A DNA stretch of 40,000 nt from Bacteroidota bacterium (GTDB taxonomy: Bacteria; Bacteroidota; Bacteroidia; B-17B0; Aurantibacillaceae), in NCBI GenBank assembly GCA_052035725.1, contig JBPOHJ010000019.1, positions 38,163 through 78,162 of the forward strand. Direction: 5' to 3'. The position numbers and the translations under genes were made by a program. How positions within the stretch are numbered: position 1 is the stretch's first letter; each line of letters begins with the position of its first letter. The notes beneath the pieces were generated by a model. That model did no database searches and was not told where the DNA came from. It saw only the letters and a program-made list of their open reading frames with translations. Of the stretch, positions 1 through 9,299 are shown one piece after another.

Positions 1-23
1 ACCGCGTATTTCCCGATCAAACC

Positions 24-419
24 ATGTATTATTATATGGATCCGGTGGTTTTTTTTCAAACGGATAAAAATGTATTGAGGGGGAATTTACTTACTGACAA
101 GGAACACTATTTTCTGCAATTCATGCCTGCGCCATTTCCGGCCAAGTCGGAGAATAAAAAATTTAAGTCACCTGCCATAGTGCATTTAGCAAGCGGAACC
201 ACCTATACCCTCGAATATTACGATTACCGTTATCGAAAAACAGATTCCACTTTGGCTTTGATGTATTTGTTACCCAAAAAACAAATGGATGATTTTCGCA
301 ATAACGATATAATATGGGTGGATTTAGACGTGGAAGATGAAAAGGGGGCTCGACATTATATTTTTGTAATGCACAAAGCGGTGATACGCGAACAGTTGGA
401 ATGTTTGGAAAAAGAATAA
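24..419 (+). CDS. hypothetical protein; the frame stays open to the left window edge, so it may be truncated by the window
   Basis: 131-aa ORF from the track. There is no in-frame stop between nt 3 and the ATG at 24. I recognise no motif. Confidence 0.4.
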   Translation: MYYYMDPVVFFQTDKNVLRGNLLTDKEHYFLQFMPAPFPAKSENKKFKSPAIVHLASGTTYTLEYYDYRYRKTDSTLALMYLLPKKQMDDFRNNDIIWVDLDVEDEKGARHYIFVMHKAVIREQLECLEKE

Positions 420-423
420 GAAC

Positions 424-1221
424 CTAAGGTTTGGCTTTAGGGTGCATGACCTTTTTAATGTAACCAAAGGGATTGTTAAGTGTGAGGTTGAATTGAATGG
501 CGTTGTAAATAAAGTTGCCACCTGATCTGGGAACAAATTCATTGGTATAATCTACATCCACCTGCAGGTCGTCGGTAAACGAAAACCCTACCGCAATTGT
601 AAACATGTTTCTATCAAACACATCAGGACCGGTAATGTCGGTTGGTACTTTAAAAAAGACTTCTTCTGAAACAAAAGCGAAAAAGCTACCTGCCCGGATG
701 TAATTGCTGTTAAGCGGTTTGGTGAACTTAAACATTTGCCTGTATCTAGGCACACTTTCAAAAACCCCTGAAGTGTTTTCTATTAATCTGTATTCGAGCC
801 GACCTCTGGTTAAGGTGATGTTTTTGATTTTATTAATGTAGTATACTGCCTGAGCCGAAAAGCGGATTTCGGGGTATTCGCGTTGACCAATTTCTGGCAC
901 GTAGAAATTAGAAAAGTAGGCGGTGATAAAGGTTAATTTCCATTTGGCGGATAAATAGTGATGTAATTGCAAACTGCTGGAAAACTGTGTGAACGCCGAT
1001 ACTCGGATTCTTTCCTGAGGTGTGTTGCTAAACGAACTACCTAAAGTGCCCTCTACCGCGAACTTCTGAGCAAAGGGGAAGGTAAATTGGAATTCATTCC
1101 AGAATTGTTTATACGAAGTATTTTGTGATTTGCCTGACTGCGAACCAAACAAAAAGAAAAGTAGAAAAGAAAATTGAAGGGCCTGAGCTGAGGGTATGTA
1201 TTTGCGAAACAGCATGAACAT
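424..1221 (-). CDS. putative outer-membrane beta-barrel protein (DUF2490-like)
   Basis: Hydrophobic N-terminal signal-like segment. Alternating aromatic/polar strand pattern throughout. The resemblance to DUF2490 is from memory only. Confidence 0.5.
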   Translation of the reverse strand: MFMLFRKYIPSAQALQFSFLLFFLFGSQSGKSQNTSYKQFWNEFQFTFPFAQKFAVEGTLGSSFSNTPQERIRVSAFTQFSSSLQLHHYLSAKWKLTFITAYFSNFYVPEIGQREYPEIRFSAQAVYYINKIKNITLTRGRLEYRLIENTSGVFESVPRYRQMFKFTKPLNSNYIRAGSFFAFVSEEVFFKVPTDITGPDVFDRNMFTIAVGFSFTDDLQVDVDYTNEFVPRSGGNFIYNAIQFNLTLNNPFGYIKKVMHPKAKP

Positions 1222-1268
1222 TCAAAGGTATCCATTTAAATTCAAAGCCGTAAAGCTGTAGCTTGTGC

Positions 1269-1895
1269 TTATTTCGACAGTTCCCAAACCTTTTTGTGTG
1301 TTCTTTTTGTGTCCATTCGCAATTTCTTTTTTCCCCAAATGGCATTGGTGGTAAAACTCACAGCCAAAACAGGCACTGAAACAAAAAACAAACCGACGCC
1401 AAAATCAGATACACTCGTATTTTGGCTCATCGCAATAAACGGGCTGCAAAGCAAGGTAACATAAGAAACCGAAAGAATGGTGCTGCTGATTTTATTAAGG
1501 GGTTGTTTTTTCGCTTTGATGATTTCAATTTCACGCACCGGAATTTTAAGCCAGGTGGTAGTGGTTTTCGGGTAATACCGCGATTCGTTGTAAGGCCTTA
1601 AGGTATCCATTAAACGAAAAGTAGTGATATCTGTTGGTTTTACGTAAAGTGTGTCTTTTCTTGCACGCATTTCTTTGGTATACACCTCTGTGCTTACACT
1701 GTCCATGCCTCTGCTGGTTTTGTGAAAGATAATGCTGAATTCGTTGTATTTTTTCAGATTTAGCTTTTTTTCTCCTTTACGCAAAAGAATGTTATTCACT
1801 TCTGGTTTAGTTTGAGCAAGTGATTTGGGATGAATCAGGGTAAAAATGGTCAATACCAACAGACAGATGGAATTCAAAGAATATATTTTAGACAT
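1269..1895 (-). CDS. hypothetical exported protein with C-terminal TM segments
   Basis: ATG at 1893-1895. N-terminal signal peptide (ICLLVLTIFTLIHPKSLAQ). Two hydrophobic stretches near the C-terminus. Confidence 0.5.
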   Translation of the reverse strand: MSKIYSLNSICLLVLTIFTLIHPKSLAQTKPEVNNILLRKGEKKLNLKKYNEFSIIFHKTSRGMDSVSTEVYTKEMRARKDTLYVKPTDITTFRLMDTLRPYNESRYYPKTTTTWLKIPVREIEIIKAKKQPLNKISSTILSVSYVTLLCSPFIAMSQNTSVSDFGVGLFFVSVPVLAVSFTTNAIWGKKKLRMDTKRTHKKVWELSK

Positions 1896-2013
1896 TGGAT
1901 TCGGGTATATTCGGCATTGAATTTATATAACAGCCCAATAAAAAAATCAGACTTTAAGACAAAAGAATGAACAACAGATGTTTATCCAATTATTTAATTA
2001 ATCCAGATGGTCA

Positions 2014-2361
2014 TTACAAGCCAAAGCGGTATTGTAATCCTACCAGCAATTGTGTTCTTGACCCTAAAAAGCCATATTCTGCACGTACCATCCAGTGTTT
2101 ATTGTATTGAAATTGACCGCCTACAACTAAATTCCAATTGTTTTTGGGACTTTTATGCATAGAATTCTGAAGGCTTGGATTGGTAACATTGGATGCCGCT
2201 TGCTCCATGCCGACCACCAATTGACCTGATTTTTCAAGGGCCGCACTGGCTGAGTTATATTTGGCGATATTGCCCGGACGGTTTTGTTCTACCGGACTTA
2301 AATTACTCCACCATTCATTCAACTGATACTGTTCGTCTTTAATGCTTTGATACAACTCCAT
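2014..2361 (-). CDS. small protein with an OMP-like C-terminal beta-strand region and no signal peptide (possible gene remnant)
   Basis: 115-aa ORF ending ...WMVRAEYGFLGSRTQLLVGLQYRFGL, which looks like beta-barrel closing strands. The N-terminus is hydrophilic and has no export signal. Confidence 0.35.
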   Translation of the reverse strand: MELYQSIKDEQYQLNEWWSNLSPVEQNRPGNIAKYNSASAALEKSGQLVVGMEQAASNVTNPSLQNSMHKSPKNNWNLVVGGQFQYNKHWMVRAEYGFLGSRTQLLVGLQYRFGL

Positions 2362-2396
2362 GAGGATAAGCTATACAATATCACTTTGAAAATATG

Positions 2397-2422
2397 ATAA
2401 AAATCACTTGACTGCAAGTGAT
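2397..2422 (-). terminator. rho-independent terminator after the 207-aa beta-barrel gene
   Basis: On the minus strand: ATCACTT gcagtc AAGTGAT followed by TTTTTAT, starting 5 nt after the stop at 2427-2429. Confidence 0.55.
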
Positions 2423-2426
2423 ATCT

Positions 2427-3050
2427 TCAATAATTATATGTTAGAGTAAAAAGGACAAAGGGCTCATCAAAAAACAAATTGTACAAATACCCGGTAAGCT
2501 CCCAGTTTTTTAAGCTTCCACCAAGTATGAGACCCCTTTGAATGTCAAGTTTGGTTTTATAAAGTCTGGTGCGTTGCCCGCTCAGGCCGAACCAAAACCA
2601 TTCGGTTGGAGCGTATGTGAGATCGGTCCAGTTATAATAGAAGTTGTAGGTTTTGTCTGAAAATTCAAACAGGTATTCCTGCTCACTATAGAGTTCGAAT
2701 TTACCAAGTGCAAAAGTTAATTCAAGACCAGGAGCAATACCGTTAGAATTACCCATCACCCCGGCAAGCATAGGCGTGATGCTGTATTCTAGTTGTTTGC
2801 CACCACTTATGTTGTACCCGCCCCAAACCGAAAACGTGTTGAAATCTTCATAGTTGTATCGCGCCTCCAAATGCAGTGCACCTTTGTCGGCTCTAACAAC
2901 CGGAAGTAAAAAGGTGTTATTTGAAAAAATATAGGTGTTCAAATCGGCGCTGAATGACAAGGCTTCTTTTTTCAGGCTGTCGGCTTGCTGCGCCAAAGAA
3001 GGAATCGTTAAACAGAAGCCAAACAGCGCGATGATGGTTGTGTTTTTCAT
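2427..3050 (-). CDS. putative outer-membrane beta-barrel protein
   Basis: Signal peptide MKNTTIIALFGFCLTIPSLAQQ. Amphipathic strand pattern. Aromatic C-terminus (TLTYNY). Its ATG overlaps the upstream gene's stop (ATGA). Confidence 0.6.
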   Translation of the reverse strand: MKNTTIIALFGFCLTIPSLAQQADSLKKEALSFSADLNTYIFSNNTFLLPVVRADKGALHLEARYNYEDFNTFSVWGGYNISGGKQLEYSITPMLAGVMGNSNGIAPGLELTFALGKFELYSEQEYLFEFSDKTYNFYYNWTDLTYAPTEWFWFGLSGQRTRLYKTKLDIQRGLILGGSLKNWELTGYLYNLFFDEPFVLFTLTYNY

Positions 3051-3721
3051 CCTCCAAGCGCCATGGTAAGGAAAACAAGAAGTACACCCACAAGGGTGTA
3101 AATAAGAGCGCCGAAAAGAGGTTTAAATCCAGAATAACTTGAGAGTTTGTACCCTCCAAAAAACAATAGAAGCAAGGCAATGCCATTGGAAAGCCGAAGC
3201 GCCAATGGCACATCGGTAATAAAAACAAACGGAAGCGAAACCGGAAGTGTGCACAAAAACACGAGTAGAAAAATCTGGATGCCCGCCAGAACATCCGGCC
3301 AGGTGAAAAGCACCGTGTCGCCAGGTTCAGGCAGTTCTACAATTTTTTTTCTCAGATGTTCCAATTCCTTTTCACTCAACAAGGCCGCCACCATGGGTTG
3401 TAACTCTTCTTGAATTATTTTTCGCCCTTTTTCCGGCGATGTTGTTTTACCCAGTTTTTTGAGCACATTTTGATAATAGCCTCTTTCAAATATCAGGTTC
3501 ATCCAATACATGATGGCATCTACAATTCCCCAGGCTACGTTGCATCCTAGCGCGGCCCAAAGCAGATCTCCTATTTCCTGTCTGCCTTGTGTGCTCACGC
3601 TGATGGCTCCGGTAAAGGTGAGCACCATAATCATGCCAAACAACACTTCGGCAATTCGGTCGATAGGATTGAGTATAGCCGATTCCTTAATTCTGTTCTT
3701 CCAAAAATCAGCCTTGATCAT
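3047..3721 (-). CDS. VIT1/CCC1-like (VIT family) membrane protein, putative Fe/Mn transporter
   Basis: 224 aa with N-terminal and C-terminal TM clusters separated by a soluble helical region. The NPIDRIAEVLFGMIMVLTFTG segment matches my memory of Bacteroidota VIT family proteins. Confidence 0.65.
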   Translation of the reverse strand: MIKADFWKNRIKESAILNPIDRIAEVLFGMIMVLTFTGAISVSTQGRQEIGDLLWAALGCNVAWGIVDAIMYWMNLIFERGYYQNVLKKLGKTTSPEKGRKIIQEELQPMVAALLSEKELEHLRKKIVELPEPGDTVLFTWPDVLAGIQIFLLVFLCTLPVSLPFVFITDVPLALRLSNGIALLLLFFGGYKLSSYSGFKPLFGALIYTLVGVLLVFLTMALGG

Positions 3722-3724
3722 GTT

Positions 3725-4804
3725 TTAAACCGGGATAAAATAAAACATCAGGGAAATGATGATATACACCATGATAAGTTGCATGCCTTTGTACCAATTT
3801 GATCGCCCATCGCCTGCCACAAGTGTACCCAAAAGCACCGAGAGAAAAATACTGATGATGAGGATACGTGAAAAATTCAAGTTCATTTGTCCCGGACCAA
3901 TAAACAAACTCAACAACACCAAAAGAGGAGCAACAAATAAGGCAATTTGCATCGAGCTGCCCAAGGCAATGCCAATACTCAGGTCCATTTTGTTTTTTTG
4001 CGCCATGGCTACGGCCGATATGGTTTCGGCTGCTCCACCAATTACGGCCAGTAACACCACACCAATGAATAAACTCGACATGCCAAGGGCTTTGCCGGTT
4101 TCTTCAGCAGCACCCACCAACATTTCACTCATCACGGCGGCCAATACAGAAGCGCCAATTAAACTAAGTATCCCTCTTGCCAAAGACCATGTTTTTTTCT
4201 TTTCCCCCTCATCTTCTTTTTGCTTTGAAGCAAAAAAATCGGGATGTGTTTTCAGCATAAAGTACAAATACAAACCATAGGTTAGCAAGAGTAAACTTGC
4301 TATCAAAACGTTAATCATGTTGAGGTTGACGCTAACAGCCGACTTTTCATTAAACTGGTGAAAAGCACCGGGAATCATCAAACTGATTGTGGCAATCATC
4401 ATCATGGAAATGTTGATTCTCAAGCCCGAGGCATTGTATTCCTGGTTGTGGAATTTGAAACCGCCAAAAAGAAAAGACAAACCCATGGCTAACAGCAAGT
4501 TTGCCAGTATGGCACCCGCAAGAGAGGCCAGTACAATGTCGTGCAGTCCTGCGTGTAAAGCAACAATGGTGATGATAAGTTCGGGAGCGTTGCCAAATGT
4601 GACGTTGAGCAGGGCACCAAGTGAATCGCCGGTGTAAGATGCGATTTGTTCAGTTGAGTGACCGATTAGTTTAGCCAATGGAATAATGGACAATGCGGCG
4701 CAAAGAAAAATTAGGGGAGCTGAGGTGTGGAGGTATTCCAGAGCGATGGTGATGGGCAGGAAAAGGTACAGCCAATATATACCGGGTTTTAGTAAGGATT
4801 TCAT
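3725..4804 (-). CDS. cax: calcium/proton exchanger (CaCA family)
   Basis: 359 aa, polytopic. Both alpha-repeat signatures are present (GNAPELI and GGAAETI). An acidic loop (KQKEDEGEKKK) sits between the two halves. Confidence 0.85.
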   Translation of the reverse strand: MKSLLKPGIYWLYLFLPITIALEYLHTSAPLIFLCAALSIIPLAKLIGHSTEQIASYTGDSLGALLNVTFGNAPELIITIVALHAGLHDIVLASLAGAILANLLLAMGLSFLFGGFKFHNQEYNASGLRINISMMMIATISLMIPGAFHQFNEKSAVSVNLNMINVLIASLLLLTYGLYLYFMLKTHPDFFASKQKEDEGEKKKTWSLARGILSLIGASVLAAVMSEMLVGAAEETGKALGMSSLFIGVVLLAVIGGAAETISAVAMAQKNKMDLSIGIALGSSMQIALFVAPLLVLLSLFIGPGQMNLNFSRILIISIFLSVLLGTLVAGDGRSNWYKGMQLIMVYIIISLMFYFIPV

Positions 4805-4813
4805 AACAAACGA

Positions 4814-5584
4814 CTAAAAGTAATACCCTAAGTGAATGACATATCGAAAACCCATAGTTCTGGTTGTGGTTGAGCCTGATCGATTGAATTCAAGATTGTC
4901 AAGTAAAGTGCTATAACCCGGAATGCGATCGGCCAGGGCGTCTTTAAGAGCCTGGAGCACTTCGTTTGATTCTTCTCCTTCAAGTTCTGTATTGATGGAG
5001 GTTTTAATTTGATAAAATGTAACACCAGGGCCAATAAGAATAAAATCGAGTGCGATGCGTTTCCAAAGTATAAACTGATAACCCATCTCTACGCCCATCA
5101 TTTGAGTGTTGAGATTGAGATTGGTTTTTAAACTTCCGGTAAAGTTGGGAGTAGTCATAACCCAATTGTTTTCGCGCTCAAAGTGCATGTACGAAAAATA
5201 AGGCCCTATGTAAACACCACGAGGGGCGTTGAATTTATTTTCTTTTTGAAGATAGAATCGATAATCAAACGTAAGCGTGAATCCAAAATCCTTATAATCT
5301 TTAGAAAGTTGAATACGGGATGAATCACTAAAGTTAAAGATGGACAGGGTAGGTTTACGCAGAGAAGCTTGTCCACCATTAACGGAGGCGCTCATGCGGT
5401 GGTTAATCACGCGCTCATAACCCAGAAGTAAGTTTTGTTCGCCAAAGATGACAGGGTTGGTGAGATTAAAGCGAATGATGTTTTTTTTAAGTTTTGCAAC
5501 TGAACTGTCTTGAGCCAGCAGTAACCCGCACATGGAAGGCAGCAACCAAAAACCCCAAATGGTAAGACGTAACAAAATATTCAT
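4814..5584 (-). CDS. putative outer-membrane beta-barrel protein
   Basis: The ATG at 5582-5584 gives the signal peptide MNILLRLTIWGFWLLPSMCGLLLAQ. The track start at 5611 is a TTG extension. The protein ends in an aromatic strand (HLGYYF). Confidence 0.55.
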   Translation of the reverse strand: MNILLRLTIWGFWLLPSMCGLLLAQDSSVAKLKKNIIRFNLTNPVIFGEQNLLLGYERVINHRMSASVNGGQASLRKPTLSIFNFSDSSRIQLSKDYKDFGFTLTFDYRFYLQKENKFNAPRGVYIGPYFSYMHFERENNWVMTTPNFTGSLKTNLNLNTQMMGVEMGYQFILWKRIALDFILIGPGVTFYQIKTSINTELEGEESNEVLQALKDALADRIPGYSTLLDNLEFNRSGSTTTRTMGFRYVIHLGYYF

Positions 5585-5764
5585 CGAGTGCTTATTAATG
5601 GAATTTCCCAAAAAGGAAAAACGCTCTATTTTACAACCAAATTATAGCAATAGAACGGTAAAACAAAATTCCGGTATTCATAGCCCATTTCAAAATGATA
5701 TGTATCAGTGTGTTTTGGTCTGAAATTTAATTACATTCGCTAACTGAAACTAAACCCAAACTAC

Positions 5765-6247
5765 ATGAAAAAGATTCTAATTCTCGCCGTATGTTCTCTG
5801 TTTGCAGTGAACCTGAAGGCCCAAACCAACACCGATGAAATTGCGCTGATTCAAAGTGCTTATGGCATGGAGAAAAAACAAATCATCATTCAATTTATGA
5901 AATTGACCGAAGCTGAAAATGCAGGTTTCTGGAAGATTTACGATGAGTATGAAGCCGAGCGCAAGGAACTTGGCAAAAAAAGAGCAAACAATATCATCGA
6001 TTATGCAAACAACTATGGTAAGCTTACCGATGCTAAGGCCACTGAATTGGTAAATTCTTCTTTCGATATTCAAATTAACCTTATCAAGTTGTTAAAGAAA
6101 ACGTATGCTAAACTCAGCAAGGTAATGTCACCTATTCGTGCTGCACAATTTGTACAATTGGAAAACTACCTCGAAACCATGGTGAGAATGGAGCTATCTG
6201 ATGATATTCCGTTGATAGGTGAGTTAGAAGCCGCTGAGAAAAAGTAA
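5765..6247 (+). CDS. hypothetical periplasmic helical protein
   Basis: Signal peptide MKKILILAVCSLFAVNLKAQ. Lys/Glu-rich helical sequence. Followed by a strong terminator. Confidence 0.55.
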   Translation: MKKILILAVCSLFAVNLKAQTNTDEIALIQSAYGMEKKQIIIQFMKLTEAENAGFWKIYDEYEAERKELGKKRANNIIDYANNYGKLTDAKATELVNSSFDIQINLIKLLKKTYAKLSKVMSPIRAAQFVQLENYLETMVRMELSDDIPLIGELEAAEKK

Positions 6248-6261
6248 ATCCTACTACACCT

Positions 6262-6290
6262 AAAAAACCGACGAAAGTCGGTTTTTTTTT
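6262..6290 (+). terminator. rho-independent terminator (bidirectional shape)
   Basis: AAAAAACCGAC gaaa GTCGGTTTTTTTTT, 15 nt after the stop at 6245-6247. Confidence 0.75.
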
Positions 6291-6684
6291 GCCAATATCT
6301 TGTGTCTTAAAGCTTGGCTTTAAATTGGTCTATCAAATGTGGTAAACTTGTTTTTGCTGCCTCTGCTGCAACAAACTGAAAAAGCTGATCTCTTGGGCTT
6401 CATTAGCAATTTAGGGCCATTACGACGCGGCAGCGTCTTTTCGCAGAACATCGAAATACGAAACCCGGGTACACAAGATGGATAATAAACACAGGGTTGC
6501 ACAACCAAATTGTAAACGCCAATTGGGAAAGCAAAGTAAAACGCTGTAATTTAGCCTGTAGTATAAGAAAACGTGCGATTGAATAAAATCAACTGGAAGA
6601 TTCAGTACGGTGAATTGATCTTGCACAAAAAAACAAACATACTATACGTAACCACAAATACGGTAGATAATCCATATTAAAAAC

Positions 6685-8199
6685 ATGAAATCACGTTTCC
6701 AACTGCTTGCGCTTTTGTTATTTTGCTCCGGACTTTTTGCGCAAAAGCCCAAAAAACACACATCAACAAAGCCCAATATCATTATCATTATGCCTGATGA
6801 CGTCGGGTATTGGAATGTGGGCGCCTACAGCCATGGTATGATGGTGCCAACCCCGCAAATCGACCGCATCGCAAAAGAAGGTATGCTCTTTACCGATCAC
6901 TACTCTCAGCCATCCTGCACGCCGGGCAGGGCCATGATGATTACCGGGCAATTGCCTATCAGAACCGGATTAACCACAGTGGGCATGGCTGGCTCCCCGA
7001 TTGGCCTTAGCGAAAAAGATCCCACGCTTGCAGAGGTGCTGAAACCATTGGGGTACAGTACAGGACAGTTTGGAAAAAACCATTTGGGCGATAGAAACGA
7101 ACATTTACCCACCGTTCATGGTTTCGACGAGTTTTACGGCAACTTGTATCACCTGAATACTGAAGAGGAGCCTTTTCTAGAATCCTGGCCAAAAGATTCG
7201 GCCTTTAATGCACGGTACAAACCACGTGGTGTATTGGATTGTGTGTCCTCTTCAACCGACGATGCTACTGTTGATGCTAGATTCGGAAAAGTGGGCAAAC
7301 AGAAAATTAAAGACACCGGTCCGCTTGATCCTAAACGCATGGAAACCGTTGACGATGAATTTTTGGCAAGGACCCTCGCCTTTATTGAAAAGAACGCCAA
7401 ATCCAACACCCCTTTTCTTACCTGGTTTAACCCAACACGTATGCACATATATACACACTTGCGTCAGGATAGTAAAAATCTAGCCACACCTTATTCTTCC
7501 GAATTTGATCTTTATGGAAGTGGCATGATGGAGTTGGATAAAATGGTGGGTAAAATTTTGCAGAAGGTGGAAGAATTGGGCATTGCCGATAATACTATTA
7601 TTGTGTTTACCACCGATAACGGTTCCATGTCCGACTGGTTTCCTGATGGCGGCACAAGCCCATTTAAGGGAGAAAAAGCCACTACCTGGGAAGGCGGAGT
7701 CAGGGTGCCTCTGCTCATCAGGTGGCCCTCGCAAATTAAAGCAGGAAGTGTATCCAATGGCATTCAGGATCATACCGATTTATTCACCACCCTTGCCGCC
7801 GCTGCAGGTATAGATAGCCTGGCTGAAAAATTGCGCAAGTCGCATCAGGTGTATATTGATGGGGTGAACAACCTATCGCATTGGATCGGCAAGGGTCCTT
7901 CGAACCGGAATTTTGAATTGTATTACAACGAAAGTGAGCTAACCGCTATCCGAATCGGCAACTGGAAATCGCATTTTAAAACCCGTTCCGGCTTTTTTGA
8001 TTTTAATGAACCCAGTGCTTTGCTTGTCAACCTCAGACAGGACCCTTTTGAACAACATCTGGATTGGAAAAGCAGGGAGGTAGCCATGCGTTTGGGTATT
8101 GCCTGGGGCGGACAAGTGCAGGATTTATTAAAGGAGCATTTAGCTACACTTACAGAATTTCCACCGAGGCAAAAGGGCGGCACACTTGTACCTCGTTGA
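6685..8199 (+). CDS. arylsulfatase (Cys-type, formylglycine-dependent sulfatase family)
   Basis: Signal peptide. The N-terminal IIIIMPDDVGY metal-binding motif and the SCTPGRAMMITG signature (C-x-P-x-R) are read directly from the translation. Confidence 0.85.
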   Translation: MKSRFQLLALLLFCSGLFAQKPKKHTSTKPNIIIIMPDDVGYWNVGAYSHGMMVPTPQIDRIAKEGMLFTDHYSQPSCTPGRAMMITGQLPIRTGLTTVGMAGSPIGLSEKDPTLAEVLKPLGYSTGQFGKNHLGDRNEHLPTVHGFDEFYGNLYHLNTEEEPFLESWPKDSAFNARYKPRGVLDCVSSSTDDATVDARFGKVGKQKIKDTGPLDPKRMETVDDEFLARTLAFIEKNAKSNTPFLTWFNPTRMHIYTHLRQDSKNLATPYSSEFDLYGSGMMELDKMVGKILQKVEELGIADNTIIVFTTDNGSMSDWFPDGGTSPFKGEKATTWEGGVRVPLLIRWPSQIKAGSVSNGIQDHTDLFTTLAAAAGIDSLAEKLRKSHQVYIDGVNNLSHWIGKGPSNRNFELYYNESELTAIRIGNWKSHFKTRSGFFDFNEPSALLVNLRQDPFEQHLDWKSREVAMRLGIAWGGQVQDLLKEHLATLTEFPPRQKGGTLVPR

Positions 8200-8419
8200 A
8201 TCATCATACAAAAGTGCTTTTTAGGGGGAGTGATGATGAATGAGTTAGTAATAGCGGTTGGTGCAGTAAAGAATCAGTAGTCAGAATCCTAACAAAGATA
8301 TATGTAAAACTAGCGATTGATGAAAAATAATAATGTTAGGCTGATTTTTACAGCCCTAGAACATCCTTTTCAATGAAAATAGTTACTTTGGATTCCAGAA
8401 TCACCTATTTAATTGACCA

Positions 8420-9067
8420 ATGACCTCCAAATACATAAAATTTTTATTCAACAGTGGTTGGTCAGCCTTATTTTTGTTTTTATCGGCTTGTGTTTTTTTA
8501 TTTGTGTTGCCTGTTATGCACAATATTCCTACGTGGGGGTTTCGGTTGTGTATGAGTTTTGTATTGCTATTCTCCATTTTATCATTGGAAAAAGTAAAAA
8601 AGAGTTTTGTGTTCTCCGGTTTTGCTGCGGTACTTCTGGATTGGTTTTCTGAATTGGGTCAGGATTCTCATTTCAGCCATTATCTGAGGATTATTACGTT
8701 CATCTTTGTATTGTGGACCGTGGCATCCCTCATGCTTAAATTTTTACAGCAGAAAGAAGTAGAGATGCACAGTTTATTGGAAGCCATAAACGGATACCTT
8801 TTGCTGGGTATTTTATTTTCAAGCATCGCGATTTTGCTAAATAATTTTGCGCCTGGCTCCTTTCAATCCTCTCAAGGGCCTTTGGGTCGTAACGATTTGA
8901 TTTATTATACCATTGTAACCTTAACCACAACCGGTTACGGAGATGTACTTCCAGTGACTCCCGGCGCAAAAAATTTAGCCATGATCATCGCTGTGTGTGG
9001 CCAGATTTATGTGGCTTTTTTGGTGGGTGTGTTGGTGGGAAAATATACCAATCGATTGACTCACTAA
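8420..9067 (+). CDS. potassium channel protein (ion transport 2 / pore-loop family)
   Basis: Selectivity filter TLTTTGYGDV, preceded and followed by TM helices. Additional N-terminal TM segments. Confidence 0.8.
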   Translation: MTSKYIKFLFNSGWSALFLFLSACVFLFVLPVMHNIPTWGFRLCMSFVLLFSILSLEKVKKSFVFSGFAAVLLDWFSELGQDSHFSHYLRIITFIFVLWTVASLMLKFLQQKEVEMHSLLEAINGYLLLGILFSSIAILLNNFAPGSFQSSQGPLGRNDLIYYTIVTLTTTGYGDVLPVTPGAKNLAMIIAVCGQIYVAFLVGVLVGKYTNRLTH

Positions 9068-9299
9068 CTGGTGTACTGAGAAATACTTTGACCCTGTTTA
9101 GGATGACTCTTATCAGGTTTTAATTGAAGCAATCAATTTTTTTGTTTTTTAATGTATGGCTTAACTCAAAAATCACTTACTTTCGTGGGTGACAAGAGAG
9201 GAGAATGCTACAGCATTCTTCCTATATTTAATGAGCAACCACAAAGGAACACCATCGCCCAAATTTTATATGAGAATACAAAGTTCAAAAATCAGCGAC

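Noticed and set aside
6291-6684. An unusually long 394-nt gap upstream of the sulfatase, with an imperfect hairpin at 6350-6376, might hold a riboswitch or small RNA.
   Set aside because: I recognise no riboswitch consensus. The hairpin has a mismatch and a bulge and no T-run. Nothing supports more than an ordinary promoter/leader region.
6685-8199. The Cys-type sulfatase has no adjacent maturase, which might be unusual.
   Set aside because: Maturation enzymes are commonly encoded elsewhere in the genome, so their absence from a 40-kb window is not informative.
8335-8353. GTTAGGCTGATTTTTACA resembles GTTAGGCTGTTTTACA at 20393-20408.
   Set aside because: My rough estimate is that about 16-nt matches with one indel are expected several times in a 40-kb self-comparison. 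The two positions also share no genomic context.
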